Source: Trichoplax adhaerens (Eukaryota; Animalia; Placozoa). From it: 64,000 bases of DNA. Location of the stretch: assembly GCF_000150275.1 (NCBI RefSeq), contig NW_002060943.1, forward strand, positions 6,158,008-6,222,007, given 5' to 3'. Shown here piece by piece: positions 1 to 20,891 of this stretch. Below the pieces are notes generated by a model. That model had not been told where the DNA came from and did not search any database. It saw only the letters and a program-made list of their open reading frames with translations. Positions within the stretch are counted from its first letter, which is position 1. The number at the start of each line of letters is the position of its first letter. A program made the position numbers and the translations under genes.

Positions 1-535
1 ATTTATAAGCGTATTAGATTAAGTTTGCTAATTAATGTAGAAGGTATCACCAAGTGTGCTGTAGAATTCAATAAAATGGAATTTACATTAAAAAAATCAA
101 AATGCATTCGTTTCTGTAAATGTTAGAGAATGCATAGTCCATGTGTAATAACGTAAGCTTTGCAAAATGTAAAATAAGCACACAGTACCAAAATATTCAC
201 ATACTGTTGAAATAATACTATTGTAACCTAAAACTTATATATCAATGATGCCTAGTTGATTACTAGATAAGCAAATATGCTACATCAACACAGTTACATG
301 ATTATTATCCCTCCGTATTTCCTTTCTTACTATGTACGTCAAGGTTACGCAAATATTTAAACACACCTTCATGATTGCTAATACCTGTATACTGTTCTGT
401 TAGCTAATTTTGTACCAGCTCAACAAGCCAGTTGTTACTTACGTAGATATAGCACCCATAAGTTTCAAATAATAATCATAGTACCGATTTATATTGATAT
501 AATGTAGACCATTTATGTGATTTTTATGCGTATGA

Positions 536-9025
<8,490 letters not shown>

Positions 9026-10717
9026 TCTTAAGTTGTGCTACTTTCAAATGTATATATACATATATATATATATATGGTTAGATAAATGGGCGATATGGAG
9101 CGTCAGATGGCAACAGCGCGAATAGATGGCACAAGACGGGGAGAATCGTGGATAGCTATGAAGTTAAGATGTCGAGGCAATAAGGTGATCGTGTTGAAAA
9201 TCTAGGATGTAAAGTCCTTGATACCACTGTTGATAATTAATTAGGGTCGTGTGCCAGTATATTGGCGTATTAGTAATTCTGTCTTGAAAGAATTGACGTC
9301 TTGACGATCTACAGATTTCTTTTTTTCAAGCTTTGCCTTGTATTTGTACAGTATGGTTACACGGCAATAATGCACTACAATATACTGTACTGTAGAGTCC
9401 AGTAGCAGCAAGCGGAAGAGATTAAGAAATACTTTTAGTTAAAAAGATGAACAATGTGCGGCTGTAGAGTAGACTACTCTGTCATCTACTCTATCATAAT
9501 AACATTGCAAATAATAAGAAGAATTGCCCCCCAAAAATGCCGTAGAATGCAGGCAATAGTGGTCTAAAGATGCTGTATCGATGGGAACACCAACTTTTCT
9601 AGCGAGAACAAGTTAGAATAACGATCTAGGATTGTTGGAAATCCGTAACTGCCGTAAGGCTGCACCGCTTGTTTGCATCAATTGCGTCATGAAGGAACAA
9701 TAATGCAAGGCGTGAACCGTGAACTGTGGACTGTGGAATATGTTCGGGATCATACAGTGAGTGTATCATACCTCTATGATCATACCATACAGTAGAAGAA
9801 AAACCACGAGATTTGTAAACAAAAGAAAGCACAGTACCGTACACTGTCGTTTACAGTACATTGCACTGTGTAAAAATAGGACAGTACTGTACAGTACTAG
9901 ACCATACGAGTACAGCAAAGGTTGTTTGAATCATTGGTTACCCCGTCTTCTACTACAGTACTTGTATGGTCTACTGTACCCGTACTTCAATTTTCCATTC
10001 CGATTTACTGATCGAGTCGAGCGGTAAATCGTTGAGAATAATTTTCCCTCAAAAGAATACAGTAGACTGCAGAAGTGGTACCTCGTATCATGAAAGCATT
10101 GCACTAGCTTTTATGCGATCTATTATTCTACTGATGCACTCTTCTACACTTTGCAGCTTAAAGCCTTTAAGACCATACGCAGTAGTTTTGTCCTTTCTTC
10201 AATTAATTAATCACGTAAAATAATATGCGAGCATCCCACTCGCCAAAATACAAACATATGGCGATGGACTTCGATCGGACAGACTGAAACCTTGACCAAC
10301 AGTACAATCTCACCAGTCGAGATCTTCATAATGAGGCTGTTGTAGTGACTGTCGTTTACGCTGTAAAACTGTAAATTTGTCAACAGTACAGTGTACAGTA
10401 CTGCACACTGTACAGCTACAATGTACATACTGTAGTCGACAGTACTGTACTGCACGAATCGAAAAAAAAATCCCTTGCTACAGTATCGTATACCACGCAT
10501 TGACGATTGCGCGGTTAAAGCCATGACAGACTAGTCAGAGGACTAAGCATCACTGGCAGTGAACAAAGACTGCTCAATAATCAGCAGCAAAATTGCTTTC
10601 CTGCTAACTCGCTTGGAAGATTCAAGACTGACTTTGGAGACTAAAATTCAAAGATTGTGAACGGCTTGCATTTGCTACAACCTTTGCTATGCAATAATTC
10701 AGTTAACTTACACCATA
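9026..10717. promoter_or_regulatory. Divergent promoter region MYRF/DDB1 with TACAG/CTGTA clusters
   Basis: Head-to-head ATGs. Motif clusters near 9380, 9830-9900 and 10384-10452. A (TA)n run lies at ~9051-9075. Confidence 0.7.
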
Positions 10718-13700
10718 ATGGCTTGTAATTACGTTGTCACAGCTCATAAACCTACAGCGGCCAACGCTTCATTATTCGGCAATTTCACTGGCCCCCATGA
10801 TCTCAATTTAATTGTGGCTAAAAACAATCGTTTGGATATTCAACTGGTTACCGCTGAAGGGCTTGTACCACTTCTAGATGTCGGAGTCTACGGTAGAATT
10901 GCTAGCATGCAGCTAATAAGACCTGAGGTATAGTAATGACAATTATGAAAATAGGGGACTAGCAACCAACGTCAATGATAGCCATCATCTTCCAATCTCC
11001 ATCCAGTCATCGTACTGCAGTCGTAACGTTATAATTACTACTGTATACTCGTAAACTGAGATTGGATAGTTGCATGCGTGTCTGAAGTCTTGATGACTGG
11101 TGGACGTAACATGGCTACAACTACCAATAACAACAAAAATGAAATAATTGGAAATGTATCGCTGCATGTATTTCAGTTCGCTTTCAGCAGTTTTAGCCTA
11201 GTATACGAAGAGCTTCTTCAAAAGGTGACGGGGTCTATTTTGCAAGAACGTGCATCCTTGATTTCATTTCGACACCCTATTGGAAATGATATCTTGTAGC
11301 AAGTAAACGTTCAGAAAATTTCAACACTTTCCTATTCTTTCATCAAACCAAGCACCAAATGGCATGAATAGACAAGGCTGTAGTGACTGACATAAAATCT
11401 CAAATGGTAGTCTACAGTGCTGTGCTGATGTCAATGAATGCACGCTTTGCACTCAATCCCCGCGCTTGCATGCTCGTACCATTCATTATTTACAGCTTGT
11501 ACAGCATGTTACATTTTACATTTCGTGCTATACTTTCTTTCTCTGCTTATAAATGCAGTCAATTCTCATTTATTATGATACGATATTGTGCAAGGATTGG
11601 ATCACATTTCACCTACAAGTCCAATGGGATATATGCATAGTACATTATCCAACGCGTTACTCATATTTGAGGCTATTCTGGACAGTTTGCATACATACCA
11701 ACGCGTGAATCATACTCTTGATATACTGTATTAGTCCATCCCTAAAAGTGAATGAAATCCTACAGTACTGTACTGAAATCTTGAATCGACGATGCCCTGC
11801 GCTTGCCATAATAATTGACCAGTTCTGCCATGGCGATTTTAATATACCTTAGTGACATAACGAATTGATGATGATGGTTGCTGTCCGTGCGTAACTCAAT
11901 ATTTCATACCGAAGGATTCGTTGAATACAACGACCAAACCGCAAATACTAAATCACAAATACTATATCTTACCTTCAGCTCTCGTTATCAAATTTAAACT
12001 GAGTTCATTATGTTTCAGCTTTAGATAAAATTTATAATTATTAGCGTAACTTGCAAAACGATTAGAGAGTATGCATTGCTTAGGTTGATAAAGATCTTTC
12101 TATTGACAATTCTAGCTATAACTAATTGGAACTTGATTTCGAACCTTAAGGATAACCGATACAACACTGATAAATGCATGCTTTTACTTACAGAATGAAA
12201 ATTGTGATTTACTATTCATTTTAACGTGCCGATATCGCGTCTGTATTTTGCAATATAAACCAGAAACTAAATCAATTATTACGCGGGCTTACGGTGATAT
12301 GAAGGTGAGTTAATTCTATGGTTGTTGACGTTAAATTAAATTTGCAAGTGTACGAAAAATTATTAAGTAAAATGATATATATTGTAGAATGGTTTTAGTG
12401 AGCATAGTAATAGCTTCATACTGTATTCAAAATCTTGACTAATTATGATAACAAAATTCGGTACGATAGATTCGCTTTGACAACAAATCCAAACAGATAT
12501 TGTTGTAATACTTAAAAGGCACTAACTTATATTAAAAGGGTATAACGTAAACTCTTGTTTAAAGAGATAGCATAGAAACTTTTATCAATTTGTTATACCA
12601 CGGAGGTGCAAATGGTGCACGAATACATTTCTTATGTAATATCTTTATGTGTATGGTTGCATCTACACAGAATCGTGTCAGCAGGCCCTCGGAAACGGGA
12701 TTGATCGGTATAGTCGATCCAGATTGTAAAGTGATTTGTTTAAAATTATACGATGGGTGGTTAAAATTAATCCCGTTAGAATTAGATACCGATAAAGAAA
12801 TGAGTGCTGAGGATGTCAGGTAATACAGTGTAGAATTGGCTTAAGCTTTATATCTTATATCTTTGAATGGATTTTAAAACACAATTGCTATTATATCGTA
12901 AAAGTTGCGTTATAAAACTCAATTCTTGTAGATTGGAAGAATTACAAGTTCTTGATGTCAAATTTCTTTATGGCTTTACAGAACCAACGATAGCGTTAAT
13001 ATATGAAGTAAGTGCAATACTTAAATTAACCACCAACTCCTACCTAATCAATCACGCTATGCAGTAATAATGTCTTTATAATTGTGCATATGTAAATATT
13101 ACTTGATATGCTATATGTACTGTAAATATTAAACTTTCCTACCGATATGGTATCTATGATACAATTTACAGAGTGGTCAGAACCGGTATTTGAAGACCTA
13201 CGAAATATCTCTGCAAAATGCCGATATACATCGCCAACCCTGGAACATCGGGAAAGTTGAGGAAGAAGCATTTATGATCTTACCTGGTAATTTCAAAATG
13301 ATTCATTGCAGCTATAGTCAGATGCCATTTATGTCTTAACGAATCGATAGTGTTTAATATTGAATGATACAGTACAGTACTTACACTATTCTTATATCTC
13401 AATCATTCTAACAACAGTTCCGCCTCCTTCGTGTGGAATGGTCGTTATCGGTGCAGGATCTATTTCATACTATAAAGGTCAAGATAGCTTACATATAACT
13501 CCAGCTAGCCTTAAGGTGATTATGACAGCGATTTTTTAGATCTGATAACACTTGAAAGCATTGAATAGGTACTTGAAAACATCTGCTATATTAACATACC
13601 ATTAATAACCATTCTAACGCAGGATCGAATCACATGCTTTGGCCGTGTAGATTCGAATGGCTGTCGCTATCTTTTGGGAGATTATAGTGGTAGACTGTTT

Positions 13701-16700
13701 ATGCTTATATTAGTTCAAGAACATTCGCAATCTGGAATAAAAGTCAAAGATCTTTGCTTAGAATACCTAGGAGAAGTAATTCTATAGTTTATAAAGTACT
13801 TAAGTATATCTAATAAAAGTTTTATACACAGCTCATGAATATTTATAACTTACATATAGACGTCTATTCCAAGTTGTATAACGTACCTCGATAATGCATT
13901 TGCCTATATTGGCTCCTCTTGTGGCGATTCCCAGCTTATTAAGGTAGTCCCTGAGTAAATTCGAATAATCGAATGAAATATGTTTTCAATTTTCATTTAT
14001 TCCTTCATTATAGTAATTTATTTATTTGCTTCATAGCTGAATACTTCACCGGATTCAGAAACTGACTCTTATATTGATGTGATCGATAATTTTACCAACT
14101 TGGGTCCCATTATTGATATGGTTTCTGTGGACTTAGATAAACAAGGACAAAGCCAAGTATGATTAAGTTTCAATCACTGAGTAAACGGTGCAGCAATTAC
14201 TTATTGTGTGCTAATCATAATTTTGAAAAATTGGAATGCTGTAGCTTGTCACTTGCTCTGGTTTTGGTAAGAATGCCTCATTACGGGTCTTAAGAAACGG
14301 CATTGGCATTCATGAATTGGCGAACATAGATCTAGACCATATTTGTGGTATTTGGCGTTTACGAACAGTTTCTCGCAGTATAAGTGAATATGATGATGTT
14401 TTGGTGCTTTCTTTTGCTGGTCATTCTCGGTATGGTTATTACTGATAGCTAAACGCTGATATTTATTGTTTATCACTGAGCATGCAAATCTATTTCCAAC
14501 ATAAAGCTTTTTAAAATTTGACGGCCGAGAAGTTGAAGAAACTGATATTTCTGGTTTCGATGATTATAAAGAAACTGATTTTGCGGCTAATGTTGCTTTC
14601 GATCAAATAGTTCAGGTACTAGAGGACATTGCATGTATTCAGCCGTATAGATTTTACGCCGATAAATTATCTTTCAAATTTGTGCAAATTCGAAATTGCT
14701 TGTTTTGATAGATATCAAACGAATCTGTCCGTCTTGCTGGTTGTGATGGAAGAGGCCTACTACAGTAAGTCGTTTAAATTGTTACTAAAGAAACCTATTA
14801 AATCTGCTCAGGCAGTTGTATAATATCAGTCCGGTTATCCAAATGTAAGGGAGTGGAAACCACCGAATGGAAAAACTATTAGCAAGTCAACTGCTGGCAA
14901 TACGCAAATAATGGTAGCCAGTGGTTGTGAATTATTCTATCTAGAAATTGGTGAGGGCGAACTGAAGCAAGTCAGGTATTGTATACTTCTAGCATAATGA
15001 GCTATTGCTTAAGTTGTGTAATTTGTATTTAATTAATAGCAGTTGAATGAAACTTTAAACTTTGCAATTACATCTTTTTAATTTACTATATCTCGTCAAT
15101 ACAGCAATATTTCATTAGAGCATGATATCGCCTGCATTGATATCAGTTTGAAAGGTACGATGTACATTTTCAATATCTTCATTTAAGAATGCTTGTGGAT
15201 GTTGGCAAGCCCACTGTCGCAATTAATTAATACTTTTTATATTATTTTTATATTATTTCTAGATGATAACGAGCGGGCTCAAATTTGCGCTGTCGGCCTC
15301 TGGGTTGACATGTCTGCTCGACTGTTATTACTACCCAATTTGCAGTTGATGCTCACGGAGTCCCTTGGTGGTGGTACGATTACTATCTGTTTATAATTAA
15401 TAATATAATTAATCTGGAAAGTGTCATTTTTACAATGATATAATGCCCTCAATCTATTTTTAGATATTATTCCACGATCCATCATGCTAAATAGATTTGA
15501 TAACGAAATTTATCTGTTGGTAGCCATGGGTGATGGTACTCTTGCTTACTATCTGGTCAATACTACTACCTGTAAGCGGAGGCTACAATTTTTACTGAAT
15601 CTTAACGTTCAACCAATGACTTGATAAAATTTGCCTTTAATCATGTATAGGTTCCCTAACCAACAGAAAATCCGTCAACCTTGGCGTAGTACACAGTAAC
15701 CTGTACACGTTTAAGTCTGGTTCCATTTCAAACGTTTTTGCCTGTAGTGATCGTCCTACCGTTATTTATATAAATAATCATAAATTAGTATTTTCGAATG
15801 TTAACCTTAAGGTTAGTAGATACTATATCATTTTGTAATAATTCCTGGAAAGGATTACAAACATAATTTGATTTCTGTGACGGCTAATCATAATCATTGC
15901 CAATGTAGAAGGTAAATTTTATGTCACCGTTCCACTCAGAGTCGTTTCCGAATAGGTCCGTATTTAATGAAAAGAAATTATTTTTATAAAGCTAATTTCT
16001 AAAATTCAAAGTATGCTACACGGTCTAAAAATCTCTCAAACCTTCTTGATATTTTGTAAAAACTTCCTATTTTTAGCTTGGCCTTAGTAAATGATTCAGG
16101 TTTTATAATTGGAACTATTGATGAAATTCAAAAACTACATATCAGAACAAAGCCTTTAGGGGAAACTACGAGGCAAGTATTTACTTAAACGTTTTCGTTG
16201 TTACCTAAATGTTAAAACATCCTTTATAAATCTTGATGTGTTAACTTTTTAAACCATCAATTAGGCGAATCTCTCATCAGGAAGAATCCCAAAGTTTCGG
16301 CATTATTACCTGTAGAACTGAGGTGCCTTCTGAAGACGACAAAAACTTCGTGCCAACTCATCAAAGCGCATCACTACTAGTATCAAACCGTACTATGTGC
16401 CCAGAACAAAGTGATAACTCCTCGTCAACTTTTGACAGTGACACTCTTTCAGAGAAAAATATTGACTCGGTTCTCATTATAGATCAGCACTCTTTAGATG
16501 GTATGACATACAAATCTGAACGCAAGATTTTAAATTTTTGTCTTGTGCATATATGTTTTTAACGAGCCTTCCTTTTTCCTCTACGGCCTTTAGCTCAATG
16601 TGCACTCCAGTTACAAGACTGTGAATGGGGCATGAGTTTGATATCATGCACGTTTGAGAACGATCCAGAGGCTTATTATTGTGTTGGTACCGCTTTTGTA

Positions 16701-18420
16701 AATCTAGAAGATAAGGAACCCACCAAAGGCAATATTCGAATATTGAAATACTTCGAAGGTTAATATAGCTACATTTTGATGTACCAAAATTAATTTGCAA
16801 GTTGTTTCTCTTATAGCTAAAAATTTTTAAAACAGGTAAAATTCAACAAGTACACAGTAAAGAAGTTTCGGGAGCAGTATACTGCATGGTTGCTTTCAAC
16901 GGCAGGCTTCTAGCCTCAGTCAACAGCACGGTTTGTAAAGAGATTAATTAAGCTTATTTATTTGAAATATGATGTCAGTCGAAAGTGTTCGTTGTAAAAA
17001 GGCTAATAAATTGCTGCAATCTAAAAATGAAATTTAGGTTTCTGTTTATGAATGGACATCTAATAAGGAGTTAGTAGAAGAAACATCGTTCCATAATAAC
17101 GTCCTGGCTCTATATTTGAAAACTAAAGGAGATTTTATTCTCGTAAGTTTACGTGAATTTAAAAGTAAATTTTATTTCATGTGACTAAAACAATGCCGTA
17201 ACGATAATTTCTTTCTAGATTGGGGATCTAATGCGGTCAATTTCGTTATGCGCTTATCGACCTATGAATAATGAGATCGAATTGGTATGAAATGTCATAA
17301 ATATCCCTTTAATACTACAATATGGAACTGAATTTGTATTACCGTATATATTCAGATTTGCAAGAACAATGACCCTAATTGGATGACCGCTGTGGAAATA
17401 ATCGATGATGATTCTTATTTAGGTGGCGAAAATTCTCATAACTTATTTACCTGCCAGAAGAATAGGTTCGCTATTGTTCGAGTTGTTAAATTTTAAACTT
17501 CGAAGCTGCGTTCACTTAGACTAATATTCACGCGTAAGTCTGTTAGCATTAAATAGCATATCAATATGTTATTGACAGTTCGTCGTCAGAAGAAGAACAG
17601 AAACATTTACCGACGGTCGGTGTTTATCATGTGGGAGAATTTGTAAACGTTTTTAGACAAGGTATTAGATCCTTTACAACATGTGAAGCATATTAACATT
17701 GCCACAGATTGAAAATGTAACTATTCGTTTTGATTGTTTAGGGTCTTTGGTAATGCAAAATACCGTTGATATTCCTGATAGCGTACAAGGCTCTATCTTG
17801 TTTGGTACTGTATCTGGTGCAGTTGGTAGGTAGCTGTCATGATTTATTTATCTATAGCTTGTATATGTGCTAACGAATGGCATAAATGAAATTAATGATG
17901 CAGGTGTTGTGGTCACATTGGCACCAGCTATGTTCGAATTTGTTTCGGCAATTGCAAACAAACTATCCACTGTTGTCAAAGGCGTTGGGAAGATTGAACA
18001 CCAATTGTATCATTTTATATGCATTGCTATTTAATCTTTAAGTTAATTAGTGAAAAAGTGATAGTTATTTAGAAATGGCATTTGTTACAGAGAGATTGAT
18101 AAGTAATTAATCATAGCAACTTATTGACCTGAATGATAAACTACAGCTGGCGCTCATTTTCTAATGATCGTAAGACTGAGCCGTGCCAAAGTTTTGTTGA
18201 TGGCGATCTTGTTGAGAGCTTCTTAGACCTTTCGCCGGAAGATATGCAAAGAGTTGCAAACGGATTAACTGTACGTACCGCTAGAATTGTTTTTCATGAA
18301 TACTTAAATTATAGAAATTAAACGATCTTCAAATTACAGATACAAACTGCGGATGGCACTCGCCCGGCTATGGTAGAGGATGTTTTGAAAACCGTCGAAG
18401 AACTTAGTCGTATACATTAA
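10718..18420 (+). CDS. DDB1: DNA damage-binding protein 1 (CUL4 adaptor, triple beta-propeller); multi-exon
   Basis: N-terminus [39 protein letters not shown]. Internal [76 protein letters not shown] and [29 protein letters not shown]-terminus VEELSRIH* at 18420. Confidence 0.98.
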
Positions 18421-20149
18421 CATTTTTTGTTTGGTTAAGATTTTTCGTTCCTTTCTTAGCAAGCAGGTTCGCTTTACCTTCAATGCCTTGAAGGTACTAT
18501 TCCATCTCCACGGATTCATAAATAGCCATATATGTGCATGCCGCAGTACTTAACATATCGAACTTTAAAGTAATTTCATTTTTAAAATCTTTGTATTGAA
18601 CTGATCTACCATTTGGTAAGCTTTATTGTTAGTTGCTTTCAGTATTGGTGTTATAAATCTTTAGCAAGTAATATTCAATTATTAGATAATTAGTAGCTCT
18701 CGCGTTATACACGTACATTCGTTCACTGTAAATTTCCTATACCGTCCGATACAATAGTAAAATTTAATCAGATCTTTCTGTACAGTACCGCATTGGTTCA
18801 TAAATGGAAGCGCTCTGAAATATGTCAATATTCTATCTTAAATAAAAACATGTTTGCTAAACTCGAGTTCGCCTTAGAGCGAACCTAATATCATAATTTC
18901 AAGTTCTGTTACGAAAAACTATAATACGTATCCTATCCTAAAATCCAGTTGCGGAAAAGCATAGCACTATAAAATATGACCACAACTTCGTCGCTAGTAA
19001 TTTTTAATATTAAAATTTCAAGATAGTTTAGTATTTAATTTCCACCGTGTAGAAGTTTCCGCGGGAGTTTGCAAATGAACGATATTGATAAGATCGTAGG
19101 AGGCGTCTATAGATTCCTTTAGAGTATGGATTGTTGCATTCACGTTGACATTATGATAGTAAAATTATCGCTAACGTCTGTAGTGTGGTATGAGATACGT
19201 AGATCATCATACTTATTTTAGTTTAATGTAAATCGAAAAAAATTAGTAGACAAATTTATTATTTCGCAATCATGAGTCATTTCGCAAAGTTTTCGGATAC
19301 TCCTGTACGTAGTAGTTATTAAGATGCACAATACCGCACATTATGCGTACGACAAGAAAAGAAAACGTCTTACTCTTTTATTTAAAATACTCGAAGCAAA
19401 CTAAGGTTTATCTTGCTTGTAAGAATCATTCTAGAATGTAAAATGTAAATACCGTCATAGTAATTATAGTAACGTTATTCTATAAATATGGGTCCTTTAT
19501 TATACCTAATGAAAATAGATGCAAAATCTTGTCCTAGGGTGTCCAGTTTACTTTCTAAATTGTATCGATAGTTGGATCAATTAATCTTTCAAGCAGTTAG
19601 AAGTATAGGATTGCTCGAAAGATAATTTCATTAAATTGACATTAAAGCGAATAAAAATTTGGGATAAAGTAATATTTCGATAGCTCAGAGTCTATGTAAG
19701 AGAATTATAATAAGCGGAAGCTACAGAAGACTAAGTATGCAGTCTACATTCTTTCCGTAGCAAGTTAGCTGCGTTTAATCTGAAGTATGCCAGAAAATTT
19801 AGTAAAATTCTGCATTTGTATTACGATAACTTATTCATGTTCTAGAAATCTGTAGATCGGTTAATCGCTCGGGTAGATAAGTAGACAGAAACGAGAGACG
19901 ATACGATGAATTAAATTAGAAACTGATTGACATATTCTAAGGGTGACAGAAGTTTTAGAGCGATAATAAGAAGATAAAGATTGAAAGCATTCGCTAAAAT
20001 CAAGATATCTCCCGTGGTAGAAGTTAGCTGAACTGAGCTCGGATAGACTCAATAAATCTTTAAATTCTCTGTTAATGAATGAATAGTAAATGGTTTACCT
20101 TCAGATTACTTAAACAAGGGTTAATTAATCGCTTCATCATGTGTAATCA

Positions 20150-20709
20150 TCATGCTCTTTCAGCTGCAATTAAATTCACCTATGCATAAATATGATGAAT
20201 ATTAATTTTTGATGACTAATATAATTTAATATAGAACAATTGCCAAACCACTGCAAGCATAATAATCTTACCAATCTTGTGGTAGCATCAGGTGAAGTAT
20301 TTGCAATCTATTTTAAATAACGTGACTTATTGTTAATCGATGAATTATAAATTACAATACAGCGCTTAAGTTGGTGAAAACAATAGAAAGCGATGTAGAC
20401 CATGACAGTAATTAATGCTGATAATATATATTACATTATCTATGCGTTATCAATTTGGCTATTGTCTTACGCTATTGTTGGCTACTATAACAACAGAGTC
20501 AACAGAGAGATAACGATCAAAATAATTAAGTCTAATTGGCTTAATCTACTCTTGCTTAGTAGATGATTTTGATTTACAGAGTCAGACCGACCTGATCTAG
20601 TGCTGCAAGTAGGATTGAAGGCAGTTATTAGAGATAGATTTGGACTGATCCACCAACAGCCAAGTGCACTTAAGAGAATGAAATAATATTTAATTACACT
20701 TTGTAACAT
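20150..20709 (-). CDS. Putative small secreted protein (~65 aa), 4 exons including a 14-nt micro-exon; family not recognised
   Basis: Exons 20709-20592, 20484-20471, 20307-20272 and 20179-20150 all have GT-AG boundaries and introns of 107, 163 and 92 nt. They join in frame as MLQSVIKYYFILLSALGCWWISPNLSLITAFNPTCSTRSVANNSIANTSPDATTRLVNLIAAERA*. The N-terminus is hydrophobic and signal-peptide-like. Confidence 0.45.
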
Positions 20710-20891
20710 AGATTAAATAAGTATTTCATTCAACCGAATTAAATGAGTTAAAAATTGCTGTTCCATAACGTTGTTCTAAAATAGTGTTGCGCTTTAGATA
20801 TAATTCTGAGCTCCACGATCAGGTAAATAGTAAGGTGAAAGATTCCCGTTACAACACTGCTATTATAAGATAAATTGGAAGAGGATGCAAT

